Below are positions 36,458 through 48,300 of a stretch of 64,000 nucleotides of DNA, one piece after another. The translations under genes and the position numbers were made by a program. The stretch is taken from NCBI GenBank assembly GCA_950097015.1, contig CATNEN010000025.1, positions 4,960,001 to 5,024,000 on the forward strand, read 5' to 3'. Below the pieces are notes generated by a model that was not told where the DNA came from, made no database searches, and worked only from the letters and a program-made list of their open reading frames with translations. This DNA is from Macrostomum hystrix. Lineage: Eukaryota; Animalia; Platyhelminthes. Numbering within the stretch: position 1 is the first letter of the stretch; each line of letters starts with the position of its first letter.

Positions 36458-37462
36458 TCATTTCTATGTCACTTAATCTTTCTAACTTATTACTCATTAG
36501 TTATTAAAATAGATTATAATTCACAATCCAAAAGGGCACTGCCATATCTATGACAGTTGACACAGCTTGCTATAAGTTGAAACTTGGTTTTCTACCAAAT
36601 TTTGGACAAAATATCAAAAGTCATCTTGCACAAATCATATTAAGAATGTGACATTTGTAAAATTCAGTTAGTATTGTAGTCTGGTAAGACAACTTTAGCA
36701 GATGTAGTTATGAAAAATGTAATATTTGGATGAGAAATGGCGCACAAAACTTTGCAATCTGTAATGCTATTGATTAGTAGGAATGGCCTAGCCTAGAATT
36801 TTCTTTGGGGGATAGGCAATGGCCCATGGCCCATGCCACATTGACTTCTCACAGTGCAACAGTAGCAGCCCTAAAAATCAGGTATCCAAGTGTTCATATG
36901 TATAATCTATACATGGTCCACCTTTGTGCTTGCTTATGTTTTGTCCATTCTATGAGATAAGTACTTAATAAATTCTTAAACAGCTTGATTTTGAAATAAA
37001 AGTACAACAATATGGTTTACACCAACATTTTTTTAACTTTCAGATGCTACTACAATGGCAATCTTTGGCCCTAATTTTTTTAATGTTTTAATGGCTGTTG
37101 TAGAATTGTATTTTACAGGGAAGTCCAGTCTGTTTTGACTGGATCAACTTCTGATTTCATGAATTCTTAATCCCTTTAAACTAATAGTCATGGCTTTTTT
37201 GTATAGCAAAGTTCCACCATTTGCTTAGTTAGTTTACTAATCTTGAAATATTAAATTACTTTGTGCATAGAATTTTGGTTTAAATAGTTATTTTTTAAGA
37301 CAAGTGACATGCTGTGTAAAAAAATTAAATAAAAGTGTTTTATAGCCAATTATAGGCTTATGTGTCTAGTGCCTTTTTTATAACCTTCAAAATTTAGTCT
37401 ACATCACAAAGTACAATCATATTAAAAAGTAGTACTCACTGCTCTCTACAGCAGCCTAAAAA

Positions 37463-40400
37463 ATGACTGCCGCTGCGAATGGAAATGAGAAAATTATTGA
37501 CCATCCTGTCATGGTCAATGGCAGGTTTGTGCGCAATGTGGGTGCCCGCCCACCATTGAGCTATTACCATTATCTGTACATGAAAGATGGCGACAAGGAC
37601 TTGATGAAGCGAGCTTCGCTGGCTATCAAGGTTGGAAGCTCCATTGGCGCTATTGTTGGCATTGTCCATCTGTCCACATTTGGTCGTAATCCAAAATTTG
37701 CCAGCCAGCTTGAGCCGATCTACAAAGTTGGTAATGAGCCAATTCTTTTTATTTATTTTCTGCCATATATCTCTGCATTCGTTTAACTTTGGGTATCTAC
37801 CTTCGTATGGAATGTTGTAGCCTTGTGGTTAGAGCGTCAGACACACGACTTGAATGTCAGCGGTTCGATTCCTAATTTGTTTCCCTAAACTCTGCATTGC
37901 TTCAGTTCCCCCATCTGTTACCAGCCTTGAGGTGATTGAGGCTGGGTGTAGCATCCTCACCTTCTACCTTCGTTCACTTTCAGCCTTCAGGTATCTACCT
38001 TCGTTCACTTTCAGCCTTCGGGTATCTACCTTCGTTCACTTTCAGCCTTCAGGTATCTACCTTCGTTCACTTTCAGCCTTCAGGTATCTACCTTCGTTCA
38101 CTTTCAGCCTTCAGGTATCAACCTTCGTTCACTTTCAGCCTTCAGGTATCTACCTTCGTTCACTTTCAGCCTTCAGGTATCTACCTTCGTTCACTTTCAG
38201 CCTTCAGGTATCAACCTTCGTTCACTTTCAGCCTTCAGGTATCTACCTTCGTTCACTTTCAGCCTTCAGGTATCTACCTTCGTTCACTTTCAGCCTTCAG
38301 GTATCTACCTTCGTTCACTTTCAGCCTTCAGGTATCTACCTTCGTTCACTTTCAGCCTTCAGGTATCTACCTTCGTTCACTTTCAGCCTTCAGGTATCAA
38401 CCTTCGTTCACTTTCAGCCTTCAGGTATCTACCTTCGTTCACTTTCAGCCTTCAGGTATCTACCTTCGTTCACTTTCAGCCTTCAGGTATCTACCTTCGT
38501 TCACTTTCAGCCTTCAGGTATCTACCTTCGTTCACTTTCAGCCTTCAGGTATCTACCTTCGTTCACTTTCAGCCTTCAGGTATCAACCTTCGTTCACTTT
38601 CAGCCTTCAGGTATCTACCTTCGTTCACTTTCAGCCTTCAGGTATCTACCTTCGTTCACTTTCAGCCTTCAGGTATCTACCTTCGTTCACTTTCAGCCTT
38701 CAGGTATCTACCTTCGTTCACTTTCAGCCTTCAGGTATCTACCTTCGTTCACTTTCAGCCTTCAGGTATCTACCTTCGTTCACTTTCAGCCTTCAGGTAT
38801 CAACCTTCGTTCACTTTCAGCCTTCAGGTATCTACCTTCGTTCACTTTCAGCCTTCAGGTATCTACCTTCGTTCACTTTCAGCCTTCAGGTATCTACCTT
38901 CGTTCACTTTCAGCCTTCAGGTATCAACCTTCGTTCACTTTCAGCCTTCAGGTATCTACCTTCGTTCACTTTCAGCCTTCAGGTATCTACCTTCGTTCAC
39001 TTTCAGCCTTCAGGTATCTACCTTCGTTCACTTTCAGCCTTCAGGTATCTACCTTCGTTCACTTTCAGCCTTCAGGTATCTACCTTCGTTCACTTTCAGC
39101 CTTCAGGTATCTACCTTCGTTCACTTTCAGCCTTCAGGTATCTACCTTCGTTCACTTTCAGCCTTCAGGTATCAACCTTCGTTCACTTTCAGCCTTCAGG
39201 TATCTACCTTCGTTCACTTTCAGCCTTCAGGTATCTACCTTCGTTCACTTTCAGCCTTCAGGTATCTACCTTCGTTCACTTTCAGCCTTCAGGTATCTAC
39301 CTTCGTTCACTTTCAGCCTTCAGGTATCTACCTTCGTTAACTTTCAGCCTTCAGGTATCTACCTTCGTTAACTTTCAGTCTTCAGGTATCTACCTTCGTC
39401 AATACCGTCTTTGAATCCTTCAGCCGTCGATCACTAAATAAATCTAAGAGATCTCTCTTATAAATCCTGAAACTTCTTTCTTGATCTTCCGACTTTCTAC
39501 CCTCCCCATTCCCAGGTTGGTCTTAAAACCTTAAACTACACTAAGCTAATTACTAATAGGTATTTGAAATTAGCATTTAGCCTAACGCCTGTTCGATCCC
39601 ACCCACTGACGCCAATCAGCTTATGCCACGGGCGGAGGCATCATGGCTGCTCTGCTGCACGCTGGCTCGGTGTCCTTCAGCTCCCTGATGCTAGGCGGTC
39701 GCGACCTGGTGTTTAACTGGGCTGTGGGCGGCGGCGTGTCCGGCGCATTGGTCTATTCGATAGTGCGCAAGACTCCTTCTAGAATGGGCTACCTTGGTAG
39801 TGTGCCAGTCGGGTTCGCTATCGTTTCCGGTCTAACTAAGGTAATCATTATTTAACTTTTCACTTCGCATTTGACCAACCCTCGTCTTCGCTCTGCGATT
39901 GGACGAGCCGTATTTGACAAAACCTCATCTCCGTTCTGTGATTGGACGAGCCGTATTGGACAAAACCTCGTCTCCGTTCTGTGATTGGACGAGCCGTATT
40001 GGACAAAACCTCGTCTCCGTTCTGTGATTGGACGAGCCGTATTGGACAAAACCTCGTCTCCGTTCTGTGATTGGACGAGCCGTATTGGACAAAACCTCGT
40101 CTCCGTTCTGCGATTGGACGAGCCGTATTTGACAAAACCTCGTCTCCGTTCCGTGATTGGACGAGCCGTATTTGACAAAACCTCGTCTCCGTTCTGTGAT
40201 TGGACGAGCCGTATTGGACAAAACCTCGTCTCCGTTCTGTGATTGGACGAGCCGTTTTTAGACCGAATCTCCCAGTTCAGTGATTGGATGAGGCATCATT
40301 TGTGTTAGGCTGAGAATAGTACTTGTTTTTCATGCCTTTCTTTGAAGAGAAATAGAGAGGATGAGAGAAGGTTAGAGAGTCGGACCCATGCTTTGAAGGT

Positions 40401-40658
40401 CGGGGGCTCGATATCCTACTCGACCGGGTGGTGGGTGTACCGTTCCTACACAGTCGGCTGCACATTGGGTTTGCGATTATATGTAAAAATTGGCTCAATT
40501 ATTTGTAGGTGGCCGTCATTTACGACAAGCCCATAGAAGCGCCGGCCACCACTACCTACGGCGTACAGGCCACACAGCGCAACATGGGTCCGCGCTATTT
40601 CGACACCATCAATCCCTACCGCCGACAGGAGGAGCACTACCTGGAGAAGTACTTGTGA
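37463..40658 (+). CDS. NDUFA11: NDUFA11-like (Tim17/22/23 family) complex I subunit, 212 aa; exons 37463..37730, 39620..39840, 40509..40658
   Basis: YHYLYMKDGDKD resembles the NDUFA11 Y..DG.D motif. Gly-rich hydrophobic helices, with GGRDLVFNWAVGGGVSGAL matching the family RG.DD..N...GG..AG pattern. GT-AG introns with phases 1 and 0 close the frame. Confidence 0.68.
37808..37960 (+). mobile_element. SINE family 1, deleted copy with possible 11-bp TSD
   Basis: A-box TGTAGCCTTGTGGTTAGAG, B-box GGTTCGATTCC, body CTCTGCATTGCTTCAGTTC. Flanked by TCTACCTTCGT at 37796..37806 and 37963..37973. Confidence 0.75.
37963..39400. repeat. Highly homogeneous 31-bp minisatellite (TTCGTTCACTTTCAGCCTTCAGGTATCTACC), about 46 copies, in NDUFA11 intron 1
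   Basis: Period seen directly; essentially one recurring variant (TCAACC). Confidence 0.97.
39880..40258. repeat. 43-bp minisatellite (GTGATTGGACGAGCCGTATTGGACAAAACCTCGTCTCCGTTCT), about 9 copies, in NDUFA11 intron 2
   Basis: Period seen directly. Confidence 0.94.
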
Positions 40659-41099
40659 AAACAATGGCGCATTGATTAACACTTCATTAGACTATTTTTA
40701 ACTGGTTATTTGACTGAAATCCGAACTACGAGTAGTTGTTCGCCAGTCCCCCAACCTAAAGCATCCTCGCCCCCTTGTCCTATATATAGTATGTGGGATG
40801 AAAATTATGAACTTGTCGTGCTGTTACCAATACGAACCACTGTAGTCATAGTCCTCGATTATTTTGTTCATTTTTTTTAAACTATCGTTAGAAATATTGT
40901 CTAAAATAAAACAGTAAAGAGGATTGGAAACCCGCCCAGTTAAATCCGTGTAGGTTTTGCAACTGGCACTGTAGTTGAAGTGTTCTGCGCTTAAACGTTT
41001 TTAGCATTGCTTATAAAAAATATTTTTTTTGTTCGTCTTTTTCAGCAACAATTAAAACGACATTCTCCTAGTCAAGTTAAGCGACATAAATACTTAAAG

Positions 41100-41435
41100 G
41101 GGGTCGGTGGCAGAGTGGTTAACGCGTTTGCCTCTCGCACCAAGGTCCCTAAGTTCGATTCGGCGGCGAGGCCACGGAGAGAAGGCTTGGGGGCTTGTTG
41201 TGCAATTTAAGCCCTTAAGGGCCAACCTCCAAGGCTCAGTGAGAGTGTACACTGCCTGACGATGCGAAAGTCAGGGCATTTGTACACACCTGTGTTAGTG
41301 TGTGCCTGGCTACAGTATTTGTGTGCGTGTGTGCTCAGGAGTCAGCGAGCGAATTGGGCAGAATTGCCTGGTCTAGTGTCACCAAATGATGTGCCATTGC
41401 CCGCAGCCCTCCTGCAAATAATAATAGTAATAATA
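41100..41435 (+). mobile_element. Full-length tRNA-derived SINE, family 2, with 12-bp TSD
   Basis: Head GGGGTCGGTGGCAGAGTGGTTAACG...AAGTTCGATTC, (AAT)n tail, and AAATACTTAAAG duplicated at 41088..41099 and 41436..41447. Confidence 0.92.
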
Positions 41436-41529
41436 AAATACTTAAAGAAAAAAACCAGCATTTTACTTATGAAAATATTGTGCGTTGTCTGAAGTTAAAA
41501 AGTCTGAAGTTAAAAAGCTTAATAAAATG

Positions 41530-41787
41530 ATAATAATTGCAGGCAATTCTGCTCATTTCGCTGACTCCTGAGCACACACTGATACTGTAGGCAGACACAC
41601 GCTCACACAGGTGTGTACATCTGCCCTGACTTTCTCATCGTCAGGCAGTGTACACTCACTGAGCCTTGGAGGTTGGCCCTAAATTGCACGACAAGCCCCC
41701 AAGCCTTCTCTCCGCGGCTGCGCCCCAAATAAATGTGGCCTCGAAATCGAACCTAGGGACCTTGGCGCAGAAGGGAAACGCGTTAGG
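41530..41787 (-). mobile_element. SINE family 2 copy, inverted relative to the 41100 copy
   Basis: The reverse complement is collinear with the 41100 copy from AACGCGTTT to CCTGCAATTATTAT. Confidence 0.9.
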
Positions 41788-42317
41788 CGTCAAGAGCTTG
41801 ACAACTTTGCGTACGCAGAAAATTGAATTAGAAATTTAAATTTAGACGACTAACTGCTTTTTAAAAGACGAAACAAAAATGCAGAATGCACTAGTATATA
41901 CTCTCGGGCTATTTTGCCTACTCTAAGTAGCATGATTTGTACCCACTTTGCTTCATCCTGGCTGCGCTATTAGTCGCCAATTCCTATTGGTGCCCAGCTG
42001 GCCAGCCAATCGGCAAGCCCCAAAGGATTTCGCTCCATTGATAAGGGCCATCATTATATTTAAGATTGTGTGAGCGCCGCTAATTCTCCTACACTAACTG
42101 AAATCCCATCTGCACTAAATCATTGCTCTAGTCGGTGTTTTCATAGCCAACAAGCCAACAATAACAATCAGCGTCAGTCTTCATCTCCATCATGCGAGAT
42201 CCGGCGACTTGACATTGTGCCTTTAGCTAATCCGATTCCATAGTCCACGCAGTCTGGCTATAATATTAATTTGACGGCCTCTTGCACTACAGCTGCTGTT
42301 GAGAATCTAATTTGAGA

Positions 42318-45300
42318 ATGGAATTCTCAGGCAGTGCCAGTAAGTCTTGGCCGATTCAGTTGACAATCATGACCATCTGCCTGCACCTCTGGTGCTGTTG
42401 CGTCTGCGTCCGGGCTGCGCCAAATGGCAGAAAGGATCGAGTTGTGTACTGGAATGCCACCAGTTCAGTGTGAGTTTGCTGACTGTGCCGCTGACAGTAA
42501 TATTATATTCTGCAACACTTGCCAACATGTGAATAATAGAACTAGTCTAGTCTTCTGGCATAATCTAACACCTCGAACCCATCTCATCCGCCCCTGTCTC
42601 TTATCTCCCCTGTCTCTTATCTCCCTTGTCTCTTATCTCCCCTGTCTCTTATCTCCCTTGTCTAATATCTCCCCTGTCTCATATCTCCCCTGTCTCTTAT
42701 CTCCCCTGTCTCTTATCTCCCCTGTCTCTTATCTCCCCTGTCTCATATCTCCCCTGTCTCTTATCTCCCCTGTCTCATATCTCCCCTGTCTCTTATCTCC
42801 CCTGTCTCTTATCTCCCCTGTCTCTTATCTCCCCTGTCTCTTATCTCCCTTGTCTCTTATCTCCCCTGTCTCTTATCTCCCTTGTCTAATATCTCCCCTG
42901 TCTCATATCTCCCCTGTCTCTTATCTCCCCTGTCTCTTATCTCCCCTGTCTCTTATCTCCCCTGTCTCATATCTCCCCTGTCTCTTATCTCCCCTGTCTC
43001 ATATCTCCCCTGTCTCTTATCTCCCCTGTCTCTTATCTCCCCTGTCTCTTATCTCCCTTGTCTTTTATCTCCCCTGTCTCTTATCTCCCCTGTCTCTTAT
43101 CTCCCCTGTCTCTTATCTCCCCTGTCTCTTGTCTTATCTCCCCTGTCTCTTATCTCCCTTGTCTCTTATCTCCCCTGTCTCTTATCTCCCTTGTCTCTTA
43201 TCTCCCTTGTCTCTTATCTCCCCTGTCTCTTATCTCCCCTGTCTCTTATCTCCCCTGTCTCTTATCTCCCCTGTCTCTTATCTCCCCTGTCTCTTATCTC
43301 CCTTGTCTAATATCTCCCCTGTCTCTTATCTCCCCTGTCTCTTATCTCCCTTGTCTCTTATCTCCCCTGTCTCTTATCTCCCCTGTCTTTTATCTCCCCT
43401 GTCTCTTATCTCCCCTGTCTCTTATCTCCCCTGTCTCTTATCTCCCCTGTCTCTTGTCTTATCTCCCCTGTCTCTTATCTCCCCTGTCTCTTATCTCCCT
43501 TGTCTCTTATCTCCCCTGTCTCTTATCTCCCCTGTCTCTTATCTCCCCTGTCTCTTATCTCCCCTGTCTCTTATCTCCCCTGTCTCTTATCTCCCTTGTC
43601 TCTTATCTCCCCTGTCTCTTATCTCCCTTGTCTCTTATCTCCCCTGTCTCTTATCTCCCTTGTCTCTTATCTCCCCTGTCTCATATCTCCTTTGTATAAT
43701 ATCTCCCCTGTCTTATATCTCACCTGTCTCATATCTCCCTTGTCTAATATCTCCCAGTCTCATATCTCACATGTTTCCCCTTCCCTGTCTTAAATGTCAC
43801 ATGTTCAATTAAGAGTTAATGTTGAAAACATAAAATGTACATATACAAATTAGATTTTTGCTACATTAGCGGTTAAACAAAATATCCAATAGGATTTTCG
43901 ATAACTTACAATAACGAAACCAATCCTTGTAATGTTCTGTCTGTGTACTTGAGGGTAGTACAAGTTAAGACATAACTAATGATATCCGATTCCTTGGCGG
44001 TCACACTGACTTTGTGAATCCGCGGCTGGCCGAAACAAAGGTGTGAAAAAAAACTTCAACACGGACCGCCCCGATAACAAACCTTCAGTCTGCATTCGTT
44101 TTTTTCCCACGCTAGTCACGTCACGTGCAGGTTGGGTCATTAAGTTAGCTTAATCATGAATTCTAGTCCGGGTGGGTTTAAAATCCAGAATTAAATGGCA
44201 CACGTGTTTTCGTATTTTCGATTTTATTGCAATAATAAAACAAACAAGCGCCAGTATATAGGCCCGTAACCTTCCGTCCGCGAGCCAGATGCTGACCTTG
44301 AAGCTACTAAATCTGCATGGCACCTGACCACTTTTAACACATATCCTGCTCTGCCTCACCTCCCCGTGTCTTAACTGTCTCCCCAGCCTCATCTCTCCCC
44401 AGCCTCATCTCTCCCCAGCCTCATCTCTCCCTTGCCTTATCTCTCCCCAGCCTCATCTCTCCCCAGCCTCATCTCTCCCCAGCCTTATCTCTCCCCAGCC
44501 TCATCTCTCCCCACCCTTATCTATCCCTTGCCTCATCTCTCCCTTGCCTTATCTCTCTCCAGCCTCATATCTCCCCAGCCTCATCTCTCCCTTGCCTTAT
44601 CTCTCCCTTGCCTCATCTCTCCCTTGCCTCATCTCTCCCTTGCCTCATCTCTCCCCACCCTTATCTCTCCCCAGACTCATCTCTCCCCAGCCTCATCTCT
44701 CCCCAGCCTCATCTCTCCCCAGCCTCATCTCTCCCTTGCCTTATCTCTCCCCAGCCTCATCTCTCCCCAGCCTCATCTCCCCAGCCTCATCTCTCCCCAG
44801 CCTTATCTCTCCCCAGCCTCATCTCTCCCCACCCTTATCTCTCCCTTGCCTCATCTCTCCCTTGCCTTATTCTCTCCAGCCTCATATCTCCCCAGCCTTA
44901 TCTCTCCCTTGCCTCATCTCTCCCTTGCCTTATCTCTCCCCACCCTTATCTCTCCCCAGCCTCATAACTCCCCAGCCTCATCTCTCCCCAGCCTCATCTC
45001 TCCCCACCCTTATCTCTCCCCAGCCTCATAACTCCCCAGCCTCATCTCTCCCCAGCCTCATCTCTCCCCACCCTTATCTCTCCCCAGCCTTATCTCTCCA
45101 TTGCCTCATCTGTCCCTTGCCTTATCTCTCCCCAACGTCATCTCTCTCCAGCCTCATCTCTCTCCAGCCTCATCTCTCCCCTCCCTTATCTCTCCCCAGC
45201 CTCATCTCTCCCCACCCTTATCTCTCCCTTGCCTCATCTCTCCCTTGCCTTATTCTCTCCAGCCTCATATCTCCCCAGCCTTATCTCTCCCTTGCCTCAT

Positions 45301-48300
45301 CTCTCCCTTGCCTTATCTCTCCCCACCCTTATCTCTCCCCAGCCTCATAAGTCCCCAGCCTCATCTCTCCCCAGCCTCATCTCTCCCCACCCTTATCTCT
45401 CCCCAGCCTCATAACTCCCCAGCCTCATCTCTCCCCAGCCTCATCTCTCCCCACCCTTATCTCTCCCCAGCCTTATCTCTCCCCTGCCTCATTTCCCTTG
45501 TCTTATCTCTCCTGCCTCACCATACCTCTGTCTTATCTCCCCACGTTCCTGTCTCAAAGTTTCAAATGCTCACGAGCTCCTGTCTCATGATCTCCTCTCG
45601 CCGCTGTCTTATTTCACCCAAGCCAAATCTGTTCCATTTTTTACAATCAAATAGGCCTCTTTATTATCTTTTGAATTCTCTCCATTTGGCCGGCGAGTTT
45701 TACAAGGTTTTCTCCATTTGGGACCTTTTTTGCCCAGTTAGTCGGGGCGTCTTTTTGTCTATGTTCTAATCGTATTCACGCCATTAAAAATAGGTAAGTT
45801 GATGCTCTTTTGTGTCTCTGCTACAAATTCTCAGCTGGGGCTCACGAGCTCCTGGCTACGACTCAGATTTTTTCGGGCATAGAAAACGAAAGCTTGACAC
45901 CGAAATTGAAAAGAAATTATTTCCCAATTCGGCTGACCAACCGAGGTCAAGAGGCTTTGAGTCTGAGGGGATACTCTCGTAGGAAATCTAATTTTCCCCC
46001 AATCTCTCCCTATACCTCTCTTCCTCAACCTACAGGATATCCCTATAGGCCGCTACTAAACTGGGGAAATGTCTTGCCAATGCGGCTCGGTTTCCCCATG
46101 GGAAGATGGGATTTGAGCTGTGCAGATTAATGTGCGTGTATATATGTTTGCAATCTGTACCCAATTCTGACATTATTTCAAAGGGACACTAAACTATAGA
46201 AGTCATTGACTGAAATACTAAGACAGTGGAAGAACTCCTTGATTTTGTGTGATACCTGTCTCTGTCTGAAGAAATGCGGAACATCAATTGTCTATGGCAT
46301 CTAACAGCCAATCGAATTGTATGATTTTATTATTTCCATATAAAATGGCTTTTACCAGTTCCGAAAGTCCCAAGAAAGAAATGAGAAGTGAAGACAGGGT
46401 TAGCAAATTTTTTTATTGTCCCTTTACAATGCTATGCTGTGCACGTCACCCACCTCAGCCATTGGCCCTCCTAAAGTAAACAATGAAATAAAAATAGTTT
46501 CAATAGTGAGTTTCTTTATTTTAATAGACTCCACCTCAGGCTGGTTGGTTAAGTGTTAAGCTTTCAATTGCGAATTCAGACTATACGTAGAAAGTAGACA
46601 CCACCATTCTGCGCATTTTTGCTGCTTTAAGTGGTTAAAAAGGTTTGCATTCGGGTTTTTTTGTAATGGCTATCCAAACCTGTGGATTGAATGATTTTGG
46701 AAGTAACTAAATCATATCTGTTCCTATTGCCAGGCCAGAAAGATTGAAAGAAAGTGTTAAAGAGTAGGGGAAGAAAGAGGGTAAGAAAGTCTTAAAGAGT
46801 AGGGGAAGAAAGAGGGTAAGAGAGGCTGAAAGAGTAGGGGAAGAAAGGGGGTAAGAGAGGCTGAAAGAGTAGGAGAAGAAAGGGGGTAAGAAAGTCTTAA
46901 AGAGTAGGGGAAGAAAGAGGGTAAGAGAGGCTGAAAGAGTAGGGGAAGAAAGGGGGTAAGAGAGGCTGAAAGAGTAGGAGAAGAAAGGGGGTAAGAAAGT
47001 CTTAAAGAGTAGGGGAAGAAAGGAGGGCAATAGTCTTAAAGATTAGGGGAAGAAAGGGGGTAAGAAAGTCTTAAAGAGTAGGGGAAGAAAGAGGGTAAGA
47101 AAGTCTTAAAGATTAGGGGAAGAAAGGGGGTAAGAGAGGCTGAAAGAGTAGGGGAAGAAAGGGGGTAAGAAAGTCTTAAAGAGTAGGGGAAGAAAGGGGG
47201 CAAGAAAGTCTTGAAGAGTAGGGGAAGAAAGGAGGGCAAGAGTCTTAAAGATTAGGGGAAGAAAGGGGGTAAGAAAGTCTTAAAGAGTAGGGGAAGAACG
47301 TGGGTAAGAGAGGCTGAAAGAGTAGGGGAAGAAAGGGGGTAAGAAAGTCTTAAAGAGTAGGGGAAGAAAGAGGGTAAGAGAGGCTGAAAGAGTAGGGGAA
47401 GAAAGGGGGTAAGAGAGGCTGAAAGAGTAGGGGAAGAAAGGGGGTAAGAAAGTCTTAAAGAGTAGGGGAAGAAAGGGGGTAAGAAAGTCTTAAAGAGTAG
47501 GGGAAGAAAGGAGGGCAAGAGTCTTAAAGATTAGGGGAAGAAAGGGGGTAAGAAAGTCTTAAAGAGTAGGGGAAGAACGTGGGTAAGAGAGGCTGAAAGA
47601 AGGGGAAGAAAGGGGGTAAGAAAGTCTTAAAGAGTAGGGGAAGAAAGGAGGGCAAGAGTCTTAAAGATTAGGGAAAGAAAGGGGGTAAGAAAGTCTTAAA
47701 GAGTAGGGGAAGAAAGGGGGTAAGAAAGTCTTAAAGAGTAGGGGAAGAACGTGGGTAAGAGAGGCTGAAAGAGTAGGGGAAGAAAGGGGGTAAGAAAGTC
47801 TTAAAGAGTAGGGTAAGAAAGGAGGGCAAGAAAGTCTTAAAGAGTAGGGGAAGAAAGGGGGTAAGAAATGTCTTAAAGAGTAGGGGAAGAAAGGGGGTAA
47901 GAAATGTCTTAAAGAGTAGGGGAAGAAAGGTGGGCAAGAGTCTTAAAGATTAGGGGAAGAAAGGGGGTAAGAAAGTCTTAAAGAGTAGGGGAAGAAAGGG
48001 GGTAAGAAATGTCTTAAAGAGTAGGGGAAGAAAGGGGGTAAGAAAGTCTTAAAGAGTAGGGGAAGAAAGGGGGTCAGAAAGTCTTAACGAGCAGGGGAAG
48101 AACGTGGGTAAGAAAGTCTTAAAGAGCAGAGGAAGAAAGTGGGTAAGAAAGTCTTAAAGAGTAGTGTAAGAACGTGGGTAAGAGAGGCTGAAAGAGTAGG
48201 GGAAGAAAGGGGGTAAGAAAAGAGGTATAAAAAATGATACTAATGATACTAAATGAAAGTGAATATTTTTATAGCAAGAAAAAAATTGCGAGTTCACTTT

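Noticed and set aside
37963-40258. 31-bp and 43-bp arrays as CRISPR arrays
   Set aside because: Units are head-to-tail with no unique spacers, lie in eukaryotic introns, and there are no cas genes.
41255-41280. Hammerhead ribozyme in SINE family 2 (CTGACGA...GAAA)
   Set aside because: Only 3 nt separate CUGANGA from GAAA with no G10.1-C11.1 stem II, there is no stem III or NUH site, and CCTGAC pairs with GTCAGG, sequestering the core.
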